DNA of 64,000 bases. Origin: Fimbriimonadales bacterium. GTDB taxonomy: Bacteria; Armatimonadota; Fimbriimonadia; Fimbriimonadales; ATM1. The stretch is from the NCBI GenBank assembly GCA_041744215.1, contig JBGTLG010000041.1, forward strand, positions 64,001 through 128,000, written 5' to 3'. Of this stretch, positions 19,201-27,939 are shown one piece after another. Both the position numbers and the translations under genes were made by a program. Positions within the stretch are counted from its first letter, which is position 1. Each line of letters starts with the position of its first letter. The notes below the pieces were generated by a model. The model ran no database searches and had not been told where the DNA came from. It saw only the letters and a list, made by a program, of their open reading frames with translations.

Positions 19201-20693
19201 CGTCCGTCCGAAAAAGCCGCGCGCGAACGGACGTCGACAGTCTCAACAACAGATTCTTGGTCGTCTTCCAATAGTAAGTCGGCGGTCCCTTCAAGATTCA
19301 CGGTCGCACTGACATCAGCGAGGGGGCCTTCTATCAGTGCGTTGACGTTCACCCTGCCGCCAAGTACGTACACTCGCGGCAAGTTTGGTACGCGGTCAAG
19401 GCTAATCCCTGATGCGGAAAGAGAGCCGCGAATCGTCGGCTCCTCAGTCAGTACAAGCGCGAAGTCTCCAGTTGCAGCCGAGCCGTACAAGTTGCCAGTT
19501 GTATTTGTAAACAACAGTGTAGTTCCATCTGTGACGAAGTTTGACGCCACATCGCTCGCTGTGTAATCTGAAAGAGATACGGACGCTGCGACCAGGTTGC
19601 CAGCGACGGCTACCCGGCGGCCGTACTCGACGTCGCCTTCGAATCGCGCCCGCGAAAACCGCAAGTCAGCCGGAAGCATCGGCTCGCTAACTAGCCTTCG
19701 GACCGCTGCGTCCGAGTCCGCCCACGCGCTGCCAGACAATCGAATAGCGAATCCATCGGCCCAGCCAATACTGCCCGTCGCGTTCGCCATTGCGCCCGTT
19801 GCGACCGCTTCGAAGTCACCCGACATCCCGCGCTCAGTCGCATAACCGTCAAACCTCGCGCGATGCACCGACCGTCCAAACAACACGAGGGAGCTTGCGG
19901 TGGCAACGCCGCGGGCATCCAGGCGCACTTGCTCGTCGAAGGCTATGTTGACAACGCCACTGAATTGACCGGAAACAATGCTCCAATCCTTGAGCCACTC
20001 GCTCTCGCGAAACTCTGGAGATGCATCCAGATAACGGCGCACTCTGCCTAACTGGAAGCTTGGCGTATCAATCGTCGCATCTTTAAGCACTCCGTCCAGA
20101 TACGATGCACTTGCGACGAGCCGCCCCGCATCCTCGATGAACCCGCTCAAGTAAAGAGTCCAGTTCTCACCGACGCCTTCTACGCGAATCTTCTCAAAGT
20201 CGCCAACCCAATCGCCTACAGGGCCTACTGAGCGATCGGAAAGATAAACGCGAGTCTTTGAAACGTTGACGACAAACGGAAGCGCCTCGACTTCTTCGTC
20301 TGGGGGAGTTGGGAGCAGCCGCTCGAAACTCCACAGCCCGCCCTCGTCTCTCGACAGCCGCACTTCTCCACCTTCAGCATCAACGTGAACGACCTTGCCA
20401 ATCCAGGGCAGAGGCGGGATAACTCTTATCCTCTCTGCAGCAAGTATCCGCTTCCCTTCAGGGTCAAACGCCTCAACACCCTCTGCAGAGATCCAAGTAA
20501 GTGTGTCGCCAACTTCAACGTGACGGGCGAGGATTGTGACCGTACCGCCGCTGGCCTCGTAGGTTAATCTGACGTTGCGATAAGGTCCTTGGAGCGCGTC
20601 GATATACCGGTTAATGTACGCCGCAGCCCATATCGACAGCGCGAGCGTTGGAAGGGTGAACGCGATGGCGAAGATCTCTCGAGATACCCGAAT
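16212..20693 (-). CDS. tamB: TamB/AsmA-like bridge protein (about 1493 aa, probable ATT start)
   Basis: Beta-taco-type repeats and a TamB-like C-terminus (SDPPDLSRDQIFAILG). The frame stays open 110 codons above the ORF-track GTG and encodes an N-terminal TM anchor. Confidence 0.82.
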   Translation of the reverse strand: MRVSREIFAIAFTLPTLALSIWAAAYINRYIDALQGPYRNVRLTYEASGGTVTILARHVEVGDTLTWISAEGVEAFDPEGKRILAAERIRVIPPLPWIGKVVHVDAEGGEVRLSRDEGGLWSFERLLPTPPDEEVEALPFVVNVSKTRVYLSDRSVGPVGDWVGDFEKIRVEGVGENWTLYLSGFIEDAGRLVASASYLDGVLKDATIDTPSFQLGRVRRYLDASPEFRESEWLKDWSIVSGQFSGVVNIAFDEQVRLDARGVATASSLVLFGRSVHRARFDGYATERGMSGDFEAVATGAMANATGSIGWADGFAIRLSGSAWADSDAAVRRLVSEPMLPADLRFSRARFEGDVEYGRRVAVAGNLVAASVSLSDYTASDVASNFVTDGTTLLFTNTTGNLYGSAATGDFALVLTEEPTIRGSLSASGISLDRVPNLPRVYVLGGRVNVNALIEGPLADVSATVNLEGTADLLLEDDQESVVETVDVRSRAAFSDGRFDFKIVELAGPSGSVRASGFFGLHDESLDFKFEAFSVSLGLFPSSPASGTVFAQGSIKGSLQKPIAEADAEVYDAFINGYSLPFSAASLRVADDTLFARGIDIRAGVGQLTGEIELSLVSGGLLSGRGLVNDASVLYYFPNSRIYGLASGSWSASGTLGDPIVRAELSATNALIDLITANSLGARFEWRAGAVHLEELTAMVGDGKFSASGTVALHGESVIAFSGANLPAESLRSYIGPNTSMTGTIDLTGALTFLDAVPTSGQVSIRAEDIELDGVPVGSGDLEVTLEDTRILVNGAIGSLDGFIVAEDASVDWSTKDISGSISMLRFSTVPLYRAFSDELLDLAPPALREMIAETEASVTAIAHFGGTLEEWRTAIALTVSDIKFRSLDLGVLDVSADRQDGKWTIERASLEGGPVRFALNKDRDNFIEELGDLQLDGEFSRIDLDWLPNLWPELAGIRGVVQVPFLVFGKTSSPDIIASVNGRDLAFDQYSVDAFAIDRISISDGEIVADGGQLGVRGLEARLIEARVPFRYPFEVPDGESIFALIDVPSRDLNALSRFFGGLDTEETRGTFTGGSLTVSGTKAEWRVDGTLSANAERLKFNGMDTVLVVPSAELRLQSGHIIGLDVSGSTVNGGEFFVRGGYDVIADAFTSETELNLTALPISQRFGDGNVLRAVVSTTGVNVSGSLLTPTIGSDHAVISIDNASLVLDGDVPSGEGTGVLPIDPNFAIRAIRINNGSFRSGVLRAEVDATGFLLGSLSNPLADMLFTIQSGAISLPTHRIGIEQGGVAHFKYGADFTGQTLPTLQVDFDATTRATAFNGLNIQRYTINLNVSGDVLSRDELRIEANSDPPDLSRDQIFAILGQRQLFESIGGAISGNFEAQLRDILSLAAPNILAPLTQGIERSFGLDYVFIDFSQGASGVVTLGKSIGNGFTLEYRRPIDESPRTRAIELIQIIYRPPLRGSLLNRLNLAFGIDGEGLWRASLGYSGRF

Positions 20694-20697
20694 GGTG

Positions 20698-21582
20698 TCA
20701 GCCTCCTGCGGCGGCGAGCCGCTCGGCCATCACTTTCTTGCTGAACTCAATTGCGTTGTACGAACTTCGAACGAAGGGACCGCTCGCAACGAACGCAAAT
20801 CCCATATCTTCGCCAAGCTTTTGGTAGTGCTCAAACTTTGACGGGTGTACGAATGTGTTTACAGGCAAATGGCGCATGGTCGGGCGCAGATACTGTCCGA
20901 TTGTGACTGCGTCGACGTCTACAGCGCGCAAGTCCTTCAGCGCTTGAACAACCTCTTCTTCCGTTTCGCCCAACCCGAGCATGATGCCTGACTTAGTGTA
21001 AATCGAAGCATCAAGTTCTTTCACCATCCTCAGCACCTGAAGTGAGCGGTCATACTTTGCTTGCGGCCTTACTATCGTGGAGAGCCTGCGGACTGTTTCG
21101 AGATTGTGATTAAAGATTTCGGGCTTCGCGTCCGTCACGATCTTGATACACCACCGCTTCGCTTTGAAGTCCGGTGTGAGCACTTCGACAATCGCGTGCG
21201 GTTGGGCTTTGTGAAGTGCTCGAATCGTCTCAGCGAACTGACCGGCTCCCTCGTCCGCTAGGTCGTCCCTGGCAACACTCGTCACAACGACGTGCTTCAA
21301 CCCCAACTCCGCCGAAACCTCTGCCACATTCTGTGGCTCGTATGCATCCACCTCAAGCGGCTTGCCGACCTTAATCGCACAAAAGCCACAGGCCCGTGTA
21401 CAGGTATCGCCCAAAATCATGAACGTTGCGGTCTTCTTCGACCAGCACTCGGGAAGGTTCGGACAGCGGGCACTTTCGCAGACCGTGTGGAGGCGGGCTT
21501 TCCGCATCATTTCCCGGACCTCGTTGATCGTGTCAGGGCGGGGAAGCCGGATGGTCAGCCATTCTGGCAGACGTTGAACCAT
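20698..21582 (-). CDS. lipA: Lipoyl synthase
   Basis: CESARCPNLPEC (CX4CX5C), CTRACGFC (radical SAM), RSSY. Confidence 0.97.
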   Translation of the reverse strand: MVQRLPEWLTIRLPRPDTINEVREMMRKARLHTVCESARCPNLPECWSKKTATFMILGDTCTRACGFCAIKVGKPLEVDAYEPQNVAEVSAELGLKHVVVTSVARDDLADEGAGQFAETIRALHKAQPHAIVEVLTPDFKAKRWCIKIVTDAKPEIFNHNLETVRRLSTIVRPQAKYDRSLQVLRMVKELDASIYTKSGIMLGLGETEEEVVQALKDLRAVDVDAVTIGQYLRPTMRHLPVNTFVHPSKFEHYQKLGEDMGFAFVASGPFVRSSYNAIEFSKKVMAERLAAAGG

Positions 21583-21593
21583 TTGAACTCCAG

Positions 21594-21618
21594 ATTATAG
21601 CGTACAGGGGCGTATAAT
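21594..21618. promoter_or_regulatory. Back-to-back TATAAT -10 boxes for lipA (-) and the small ORF-ychF-aroE unit (+)
   Basis: ATTATA at 21594-21599 and TATAAT at 21613-21618 within a 44-bp intergenic gap. Confidence 0.6.
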
Positions 21619-21626
21619 CCGCCGTT

Positions 21627-21785
21627 GTGACCGCCCGAAAGAGACCTCGCCAGCCGTTTCCTTGGGGGCTTTGGGTGCTCGCTATCCTCACGTTTGCGGC
21701 GGCATACCTATTCTTTGGGCTTCCTCACCAGCTTGGCAAAAGAGAGATGAAAACAGAGTTTTTCCAATCGGAGCCCAGACGTTGA
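21627..21785 (+). CDS. Unannotated 52-aa single-pass membrane protein
   Basis: MTARKRPRQPFPWGLWVLAILTFAAAYLFFGLPHQLGKREMKTEFFQSEPRR*; basic N-terminus then a TM helix; its TGA overlaps the ychF TTG. Confidence 0.7.
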   Translation: MTARKRPRQPFPWGLWVLAILTFAAAYLFFGLPHQLGKREMKTEFFQSEPRR

Positions 21786-22816
21786 AGGCTGGGCTTATCG
21801 GCTACCCTTTCGCAGGCAAGACGACCTTGTTCGAGGCCGTTGCGATGAACAATCGAAGCGGAGATCTTGCGTCGGTCGCAGTGCCAGACCCACGCCTCGA
21901 CGCAATCTGCTCCGTTATTCAACCTAAGAAGAGAACACCGACTACCCTCGAACTAATGGACAACGCTGCCCGTATGCCAGAACCCGGCCGCGGAAAACCC
22001 GCGGACTTTGCCGCTGCCGCACGTCGGGTGGATGTGCTGATTCATGTGGTGCGAGAGTTTGATTCAACGTCGGTTCCTTTCCACGGGGAGCCAAATCCAA
22101 TTCGTGATCAGTCGGCTGTCGAAACTGAACTCATACTCGCGGACCTGCAGTTAGTAGAGAACCGCCTTGACAAGCTCGCAAAGTCACACGATGCACGCAA
22201 GCCTGGCTCTCAAGATTACTTGGAGAAAGTGCTCTTTGAACGAATCAAGCCCGAACTTGAAAGCGGAACGAGGCTGAGAGATCTTGAGTTTCCCGAAGAT
22301 GAGAATGAGATTCTCAGCAAATATCAGATGCTCTCGCTCAAGCCGATGGTTGTAGCAATCAACTGCGCAGAGACGTCGATAGGCGACGACTCAAAGCTTG
22401 AAGCGACGTGCAAGGATCCAGTCTTCCGAATATGCGCAGAGGTGGAAAGAGAGATTGCCAAGATGGAATCGGCCGATCGGGATGTTTTCCTCCAAGACCT
22501 CGGAATCTCAAAACCAGCAAGTGAAAGCCTGATCCGTGCGGTTTACGACGCTCTGGGCTTGATAACCTTTTTCACTGCGGGACAAAACGAAACCAAAGCA
22601 TGGCCTCTTCGAAGAGGAGCCTCCGCGGTAAAGGCGGCCGGGGTAGTTCACACTGACATCGCGCGCGGCTTCATCCGTGCGGAGGTGGTTCACTACGCCG
22701 ACTTCGAGGCTAAGGGTAGCGTCAAAGCCTGTTACGACGATGGCATGATGAAACTCGAAGGGAAGGACTACGTCGTGCAAGACGGAGACATCATCAACAT
22801 TAGGAACAAGTCATAA
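21782..22816 (+). CDS. YchF/Ola1-like Obg-family NTPase with TGS (DUF933) domain, divergent
   Basis: GYPFAGKT, VPDPRL, HTDIARGFIRAEV, EGKDYVVQDGD; switch I and G3 are altered. Confidence 0.85.
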   Translation: MKAGLIGYPFAGKTTLFEAVAMNNRSGDLASVAVPDPRLDAICSVIQPKKRTPTTLELMDNAARMPEPGRGKPADFAAAARRVDVLIHVVREFDSTSVPFHGEPNPIRDQSAVETELILADLQLVENRLDKLAKSHDARKPGSQDYLEKVLFERIKPELESGTRLRDLEFPEDENEILSKYQMLSLKPMVVAINCAETSIGDDSKLEATCKDPVFRICAEVEREIAKMESADRDVFLQDLGISKPASESLIRAVYDALGLITFFTAGQNETKAWPLRRGASAVKAAGVVHTDIARGFIRAEVVHYADFEAKGSVKACYDDGMMKLEGKDYVVQDGDIINIRNKS

Positions 22817-22818
22817 AG

Positions 22819-23655
22819 ATGATGTCGGATTGGAGAGCGATCGTCCCAGCCACAGAAGGAGCACTCAGGTTCGGCCTGTTAGGCGACCCTGTTGAGGGAA
22901 CAATCTATCCGACGATGGTCTCGGCTGCTCTGAAAGAGATGGGATTGCGCGGCGAGTATCACACCATCCAAGTGCCCAGCGCGGAGTTTGAAGAAGCAGT
23001 TCACCACCTCGCCACTGTGGGATTTCTCGGAGTTAACGTCACCCTACCGCATAAAGCCCGCGCCGCCCGGATCGCAGAGCGGTACTACGAAGTTAAGCAC
23101 AACGTTGGCGTTGCAAACGCGCTCAAACTGAAAGATGGCATTTGGGGAATGAACACCGAAGTCCCTGCGTTTGTTGCCCCGATTAAACACCTCGAACCAA
23201 GCGTTGCACTGGTTCTCGGCAGTGGGCCAGCAGCGAGAACTGCAATCACAGCGCTCCTCATAGAAGGATGGAGAGTTAAAGTCTGGAACAAGAACGCGAT
23301 GAAATCACGGCTACTGCGCTCGGTCCTGCAGCGGATGGGTGATACCGAACTCATTGCGTATGCGAACCCCGCCGGATGTTCGCTAATTGTAAATGCAACG
23401 AGAGCAGGGATGAAGCCAGGCGAACAGCCCAACATCGAGTGGAAGAATGTGCGGCGAGGCGCGGTTGCATACGACTTCGTTTTTCGTCGGGTCGCAACTG
23501 AGTTTCTTCGCTCGGCGGCGTCCCGCGGACTCCAGACGATCGATGGGCGCGAGATGGCCGTTGAAAAGGCTGCTCTCGCACTTGAGTGGTGGTTGGAGCA
23601 GACGGTGCCGCGACAACCGATGCGCAATGCTGTCGGGCTGGCAGTTAAGCCTTGA
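22819..23655 (+). CDS. Shikimate dehydrogenase-family protein, divergent
   Basis: [28 protein letters not shown]; several shikimate-binding residues substituted. Confidence 0.8.
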   Translation: MMSDWRAIVPATEGALRFGLLGDPVEGTIYPTMVSAALKEMGLRGEYHTIQVPSAEFEEAVHHLATVGFLGVNVTLPHKARAARIAERYYEVKHNVGVANALKLKDGIWGMNTEVPAFVAPIKHLEPSVALVLGSGPAARTAITALLIEGWRVKVWNKNAMKSRLLRSVLQRMGDTELIAYANPAGCSLIVNATRAGMKPGEQPNIEWKNVRRGAVAYDFVFRRVATEFLRSAASRGLQTIDGREMAVEKAALALEWWLEQTVPRQPMRNAVGLAVKP

Positions 23656-24670
23656 ACAGATCGCTTTGGCTACGGTCGTATGTTATTCCAAGAGCCTTGT
23701 AGGCCAATTCGGCAGCCATTCGTCCCCGAGGAGTGCGTTGCAGGAATCCTTGCTGGATCAGATACGGCTCGTACATTTCCTCAATAGTTCCAGAGTCTTC
23801 AGAGACGCTTGCAGCGATAGTTTCGACTCCAACCGGACCTCCGCCAAAACGTTGAACGATACATGCGAGGATCATCCGATCAATACGATCAAGACCGTAG
23901 TCATCAATCTCGAGTTGTTCGAGCGCGAATCGAGCGACATCGATGTCAATAGCCGTCTTGCCGAGATGGGACATAAAGTCGCGGGTCCGGCGCAACAATC
24001 TGTTTGCAATTCGCGGCGTGCCTCGACTCCTCCGACCGACCTCAGATTCCGCTTGGTCGTCGATTGCGCAATCTAAGAGTGTCGCTGACCTGCGCAGAAT
24101 CATCCTTAGCGCATCGGTCGAGTAAAACTCGAAGTCATGCACGATCCCGAACCGATCGCGCAATGGTCCTGTCAAGAGTCCAGCCCGAGTTGTGGCTCCG
24201 ACGATTGTAAAGCGAGGCAAATCCAGTCGGATGCTGCGTGCGCCAGGACCCTTCCCGATGATGATGTCAATCTTGAAATCCTCCATCGCCGGATACAGTA
24301 TCTCTTCAACTACACGTCCGAGTCGGTGAATCTCGTCGATGAACAGGACTGAGCCCTCTTGCATGTTTGTGAGAATTGCAGCGAGGTCGCCAGGCCGTTC
24401 GATCGCCGGACCGCTCGTGACTCTGATCGGAGCATCCAACTCGTTCGCGATAATGTTCGCAAGTGTCGTCTTCCCCAATCCTGGCGCGCCTTTCAAGAGA
24501 ACATGATCCAATACGTCTCCTCGTGACTTTGCCGCGTTTATGAAGATGGAAAGGTTGGCCTTGATTTTCTCCTGGCCGATGAATTGATCGAGACGACGAG
24601 GCCGAAGCGTTACGTCGAAGTTGGCATCTTCCTCCGCTTGAACAGCGCTGACAAGTCGATCTTCGCTCAT
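23645..24670 (-). CDS. ruvB: Holliday junction helicase RuvB
   Basis: [45 protein letters not shown]. Confidence 0.97.
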   Translation of the reverse strand: MSEDRLVSAVQAEEDANFDVTLRPRRLDQFIGQEKIKANLSIFINAAKSRGDVLDHVLLKGAPGLGKTTLANIIANELDAPIRVTSGPAIERPGDLAAILTNMQEGSVLFIDEIHRLGRVVEEILYPAMEDFKIDIIIGKGPGARSIRLDLPRFTIVGATTRAGLLTGPLRDRFGIVHDFEFYSTDALRMILRRSATLLDCAIDDQAESEVGRRSRGTPRIANRLLRRTRDFMSHLGKTAIDIDVARFALEQLEIDDYGLDRIDRMILACIVQRFGGGPVGVETIAASVSEDSGTIEEMYEPYLIQQGFLQRTPRGRMAAELAYKALGITYDRSQSDLFKA

Positions 24671-25260
24671 GAACTCTTCCCAGCGAATTTTAGCGCACGC
24701 GACACCAGTTCGGCTGTATCGTCAGTATCTTTCAATTCGCCCGCCTGCTTGGCTGCCCTCTCTGCTTCGGAGCGCTTCAGCCCGAGTGAAACCAGCGCCT
24801 CGACGACGTCGTCGAGAGGTGACGCCGCACCCACGCCAATTCGTCCGAGAACCGATTCTTCGCGAACCTTGTCAGATAGCTCCACGCAGATTCTCTGCGC
24901 TAGCTTCGCGCCGATTCCTGGCGCACGCACAAGCGGTTTGTAGTCACCGGAGAAGACTGCGCCAATGACACCTTCTTCGCCCACTGCGCCTATCAATGAG
25001 AGCGCAAGTCTCGGGCCGAGCCCGTTCACTGTCGTCAACAAGTCGAAGAGACGCCTCTCGTGTGTTGAGCCAAAGCCAAAAAGCGAGATTTCGTTCTCGC
25101 GTACAATCTGGCGAGTGTGCAGTTCGACGCGAGACCCTGACTTGGGCAGGGCTGAATGAAATCTCTCCGTGACGAAAACTTGGTACCCCACTCCACCAAC
25201 AGTAACGACTACGTAGCCCGGTCCGATTTCCGCGAGTTCGCCTTGAAGCCTCGCGATCAC
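24667..25260 (-). CDS. ruvA: Holliday junction DNA-binding protein RuvA
   Basis: [39 protein letters not shown]. Confidence 0.96.
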   Translation of the reverse strand: MIARLQGELAEIGPGYVVVTVGGVGYQVFVTERFHSALPKSGSRVELHTRQIVRENEISLFGFGSTHERRLFDLLTTVNGLGPRLALSLIGAVGEEGVIGAVFSGDYKPLVRAPGIGAKLAQRICVELSDKVREESVLGRIGVGAASPLDDVVEALVSLGLKRSEAERAAKQAGELKDTDDTAELVSRALKFAGKSS

Positions 25261-26438
25261 GAGCCTACGCCCCTCGTCAGGTTTTCTCTCGGGCGGGTCA
25301 ACTCGTAGCCGCCCTCCACGAGATGGAATCGATAGACCTGACTGTTATAGGGGCTCACGGAATCATCGCCAAGTTCCCTGAGGTCGGCTGGCAGTTGGCT
25401 CAGGTGGGACAAGCGGATTGCGAGCTCGATCATTCGAATACCCTCCTCGCGCAACGCGCCGATTTCAGAAGCTTGGTTAGAGTACGGGTTGATCGGTGCG
25501 AAATAGAGGCTTGCGACCGGATGAGCGACGACGTCGATGGTCGGCCATAAGATTGGCTCGGAAACTTGTTTATTGAAGTTCTCTAGCATCGAGACCGCGA
25601 TGCCCACAGCCATCTTCGCTTCGTCAACGATCACAGCAGCGGGGATAGAGTCGGTCTTTTGCGAGTGCTTCTCCGTGAAACTCACGAGCGACTCGCCGAT
25701 CTCTGGTGGAATCGGCTTCCGGGCTCCGGCCTCTCGCACCGTGCGAAGAACGCTCTCAAGCGGGACCGCAGGTCCATCTGGCTGCAAGCTCCCGACCCAC
25801 GCCTGCAACCGTGCAATCTCTGCGTTCCTCGCGACAGTTCCGATGCCTGTGCGCGCGGCGAACGGCGCGAGTGACTGGCGCAACGCTTCGTTCATCGATT
25901 GGTCGATTTGTTTCGACGTAGTGCGGATGGCCATTGTCAAGTAATCCGCCACGGTCCCAGCAGTGATCCCGCCCGCCACGGACTCGGCCGCAACGTAGTC
26001 ACCGTAGCTTAAGGCAGATCGAAGCACGTTAGCGGCCCGCGCTGGATCGCTGCGGTCAATCGCATCGGCCAACTCCACCGCGAACACTGGAGCAAGAGCC
26101 GCGACCTCTTCAGTCCGGTTTGGCGCGCCGAGCGCCAGTGGCGGAGGAGGCGGCGTCCCGTCAAACTTCCCGAAAAACCGCAGCGCCTCGACAGCCTTCG
26201 CGGTCGCGAGCAGGTATCGCTCTCGGTCGCTTCGGGTGACCCCTGGCTTGAGCGGAGCTTCTGGGATCCCGGCTACCTGGAGCGACTGCAATGCTGCGGC
26301 GATAGCGTCTTGCGGGCCAGCCGGCGCAGGGGCGGCCGCGGGCGGGGCGCCCATTGTACGGTCAGTCCGTTGCGCAGTGTCATTGCAGCCAGGGATGGCT
26401 GCGACGATGAGCACGAGAGTGGCGAGGCGGAGATTCAC
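25257..26438 (-). CDS. Hypothetical lipoprotein
   Basis: GTG 26438: MNLRLATLVLIVAAIPGC (lipobox), Pro/Ala linker, helical body; stop overlaps the ruvA start. Confidence 0.65.
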   Translation of the reverse strand: MNLRLATLVLIVAAIPGCNDTAQRTDRTMGAPPAAAPAPAGPQDAIAAALQSLQVAGIPEAPLKPGVTRSDRERYLLATAKAVEALRFFGKFDGTPPPPPLALGAPNRTEEVAALAPVFAVELADAIDRSDPARAANVLRSALSYGDYVAAESVAGGITAGTVADYLTMAIRTTSKQIDQSMNEALRQSLAPFAARTGIGTVARNAEIARLQAWVGSLQPDGPAVPLESVLRTVREAGARKPIPPEIGESLVSFTEKHSQKTDSIPAAVIVDEAKMAVGIAVSMLENFNKQVSEPILWPTIDVVAHPVASLYFAPINPYSNQASEIGALREEGIRMIELAIRLSHLSQLPADLRELGDDSVSPYNSQVYRFHLVEGGYELTRPRENLTRGVGS

Positions 26439-26502
26439 GGTCTTCAGAACTTCGACCGTACCCCAGACGCAACCGTTTCGGACTTCGGCGTAAACTCCAG
26501 AC

Positions 26503-27603
26503 GTGGCCACGAAACGCACGGACGACCAGGATCTAACTGTGATCAAGGCGGCCGAAGACCATGTCATGCAGGAAGTGCGCCCCCGAGCCAACGCCATCGA
26601 TCAGAACCTTGACGAGCTGCGAGCTGCCCTCGACGGCCTCGCAGCCAAGGGCTACCTAGGGCTTCGGGTCCCGTCAAACTTCGGTGGCCACGGAGTGCCG
26701 GATGTCGGATTCCGGAGGTTTCAGGAGGCCTTAGCGCGATGTTCAGGCGCCCTTGCGTTTCTGCAGACCCAGCATCAAAGCGCCTGCGCATTCGTCGCAA
26801 CAAGCGCAAACACGGAGGCGCACAAGGCCTTTCTGCCCGGATTCGCATCCGGCAAGATGCGTTGCGGAATCGCCTTCTCCCAGCTTCGGCGTCCGGGCCG
26901 TCCGATGATGACTGCGCAACCAACCAAGGGAGGCTATCTGTTTAGTGGAACCGCGCCGTGGATTACCGGGTGGGACATCTTCGATCACTGCGTTTTCGCA
27001 GGGACCATTGAGAGTGGCGAATCCGTGTGGGGAGTAGGCGAGCTTCGGGAAAGTCGCTCGCTGCGGCCAAGTCCGGTTATGCGGTTGGCTGCGCTAGAAG
27101 TCTGCCAAACCGTCTCCGCTGAACTGATCGACTACTTTGTGCCGAGTGAAGCGATTATTCACACTCGACCTGCTGACTGGATCACCAACAACGATAGCCT
27201 CAATCTTGCGCTGCAAAGTCCGTTTGCTCTGGGCTGTGCTGGCGCGGGAATCGACGTTCTCAGAAATGTGTTCGAAAAGAAGCCGTTAGATGATGTTCTG
27301 ACCACCTCAGCCCTGCTGGATTCAGAACTGGCATCCTGCCGGGAAAACGCCTACGCCGCGATGGATGACAAGGGCAACTTTGAGAAGAGCCTCCAAGCGA
27401 GAGCATGGGCGATCGAATTGGCGGGCAGGTGCGCACATGCGGCCGTTGTAGCCTCTTCAGGACGGGGAAACTCCATGGAAAGCGACGCGCAGCGCGTTTA
27501 TCGTGAGGCGCTGGTCTTCAGCGTCTCCGCCCAGACCCCGGCCATCCTTGGGGCCACGCTACGTCGCTTCACGCGCGAGAAGATTACAGTTGCTCGTAAG
27601 TAG
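26503..27603 (+). CDS. Acyl-CoA dehydrogenase-family flavoprotein
   Basis: GLRVPSNFGG, ALAFLQTQHQSA, GTAPWITG, AQRVYREALVF. Confidence 0.85.
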   Translation: MATKRTDDQDLTVIKAAEDHVMQEVRPRANAIDQNLDELRAALDGLAAKGYLGLRVPSNFGGHGVPDVGFRRFQEALARCSGALAFLQTQHQSACAFVATSANTEAHKAFLPGFASGKMRCGIAFSQLRRPGRPMMTAQPTKGGYLFSGTAPWITGWDIFDHCVFAGTIESGESVWGVGELRESRSLRPSPVMRLAALEVCQTVSAELIDYFVPSEAIIHTRPADWITNNDSLNLALQSPFALGCAGAGIDVLRNVFEKKPLDDVLTTSALLDSELASCRENAYAAMDDKGNFEKSLQARAWAIELAGRCAHAAVVASSGRGNSMESDAQRVYREALVFSVSAQTPAILGATLRRFTREKITVARK

Positions 27604-27856
27604 GCTTGATGAGCCAAGCCTTTGGAATCGGCTTGAGGCCAGCGACGACCAAGTTAAACTCTGGGCTCTTCATGACCTTGGTCGACACGGTCAACCTGAC
27701 TTTTCCGTTTGGTGTCTGAATCGTTACGTTTTGGAGGTTTGGGTACTGAATGCGGTTCTTTCGAGGCGCGCGAAACTTCCACTGGCCTGAGTGCCGGTGT
27801 CGGATGTGTCGGGCTTTGAGACCCTTCTTGCCGCTAACTTGACAGATTTTTGCCAT
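27584..27856 (-). CDS. rpmB: 50S ribosomal protein L28
   Basis: MAKICQVSGKK...RIQYPNLQ...VRLTVSTK; 90 aa from ATG 27856. Confidence 0.85.
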   Translation of the reverse strand: MAKICQVSGKKGLKARHIRHRHSGQWKFRAPRKNRIQYPNLQNVTIQTPNGKVRLTVSTKVMKSPEFNLVVAGLKPIPKAWLIKPTYEQL

Positions 27857-27939
27857 GGGAATGCCTCTGCGCCGGATGGGACGCTGAGGCGAAAGATACC
27901 CCACTCAAGGGGCTCATCGCAAGGCGGTAACATTCGGTA

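Noticed and set aside
20364-20697. Apparent 334-bp intergenic region, ncRNA, or truncated tamB pseudogene
   Set aside because: It is the open in-frame 5' end of tamB.
21662-21781. 40-aa N-terminal extension of YchF
   Set aside because: The family starts at KAGLIG, and the region is better explained by the 52-aa ORF.
27857-27900. GCCTC/GAGGC hairpin sequestering the rpmB SD
   Set aside because: The stem is short and its 5' arm probably lies upstream of the TSS implied by the TATCTT box.
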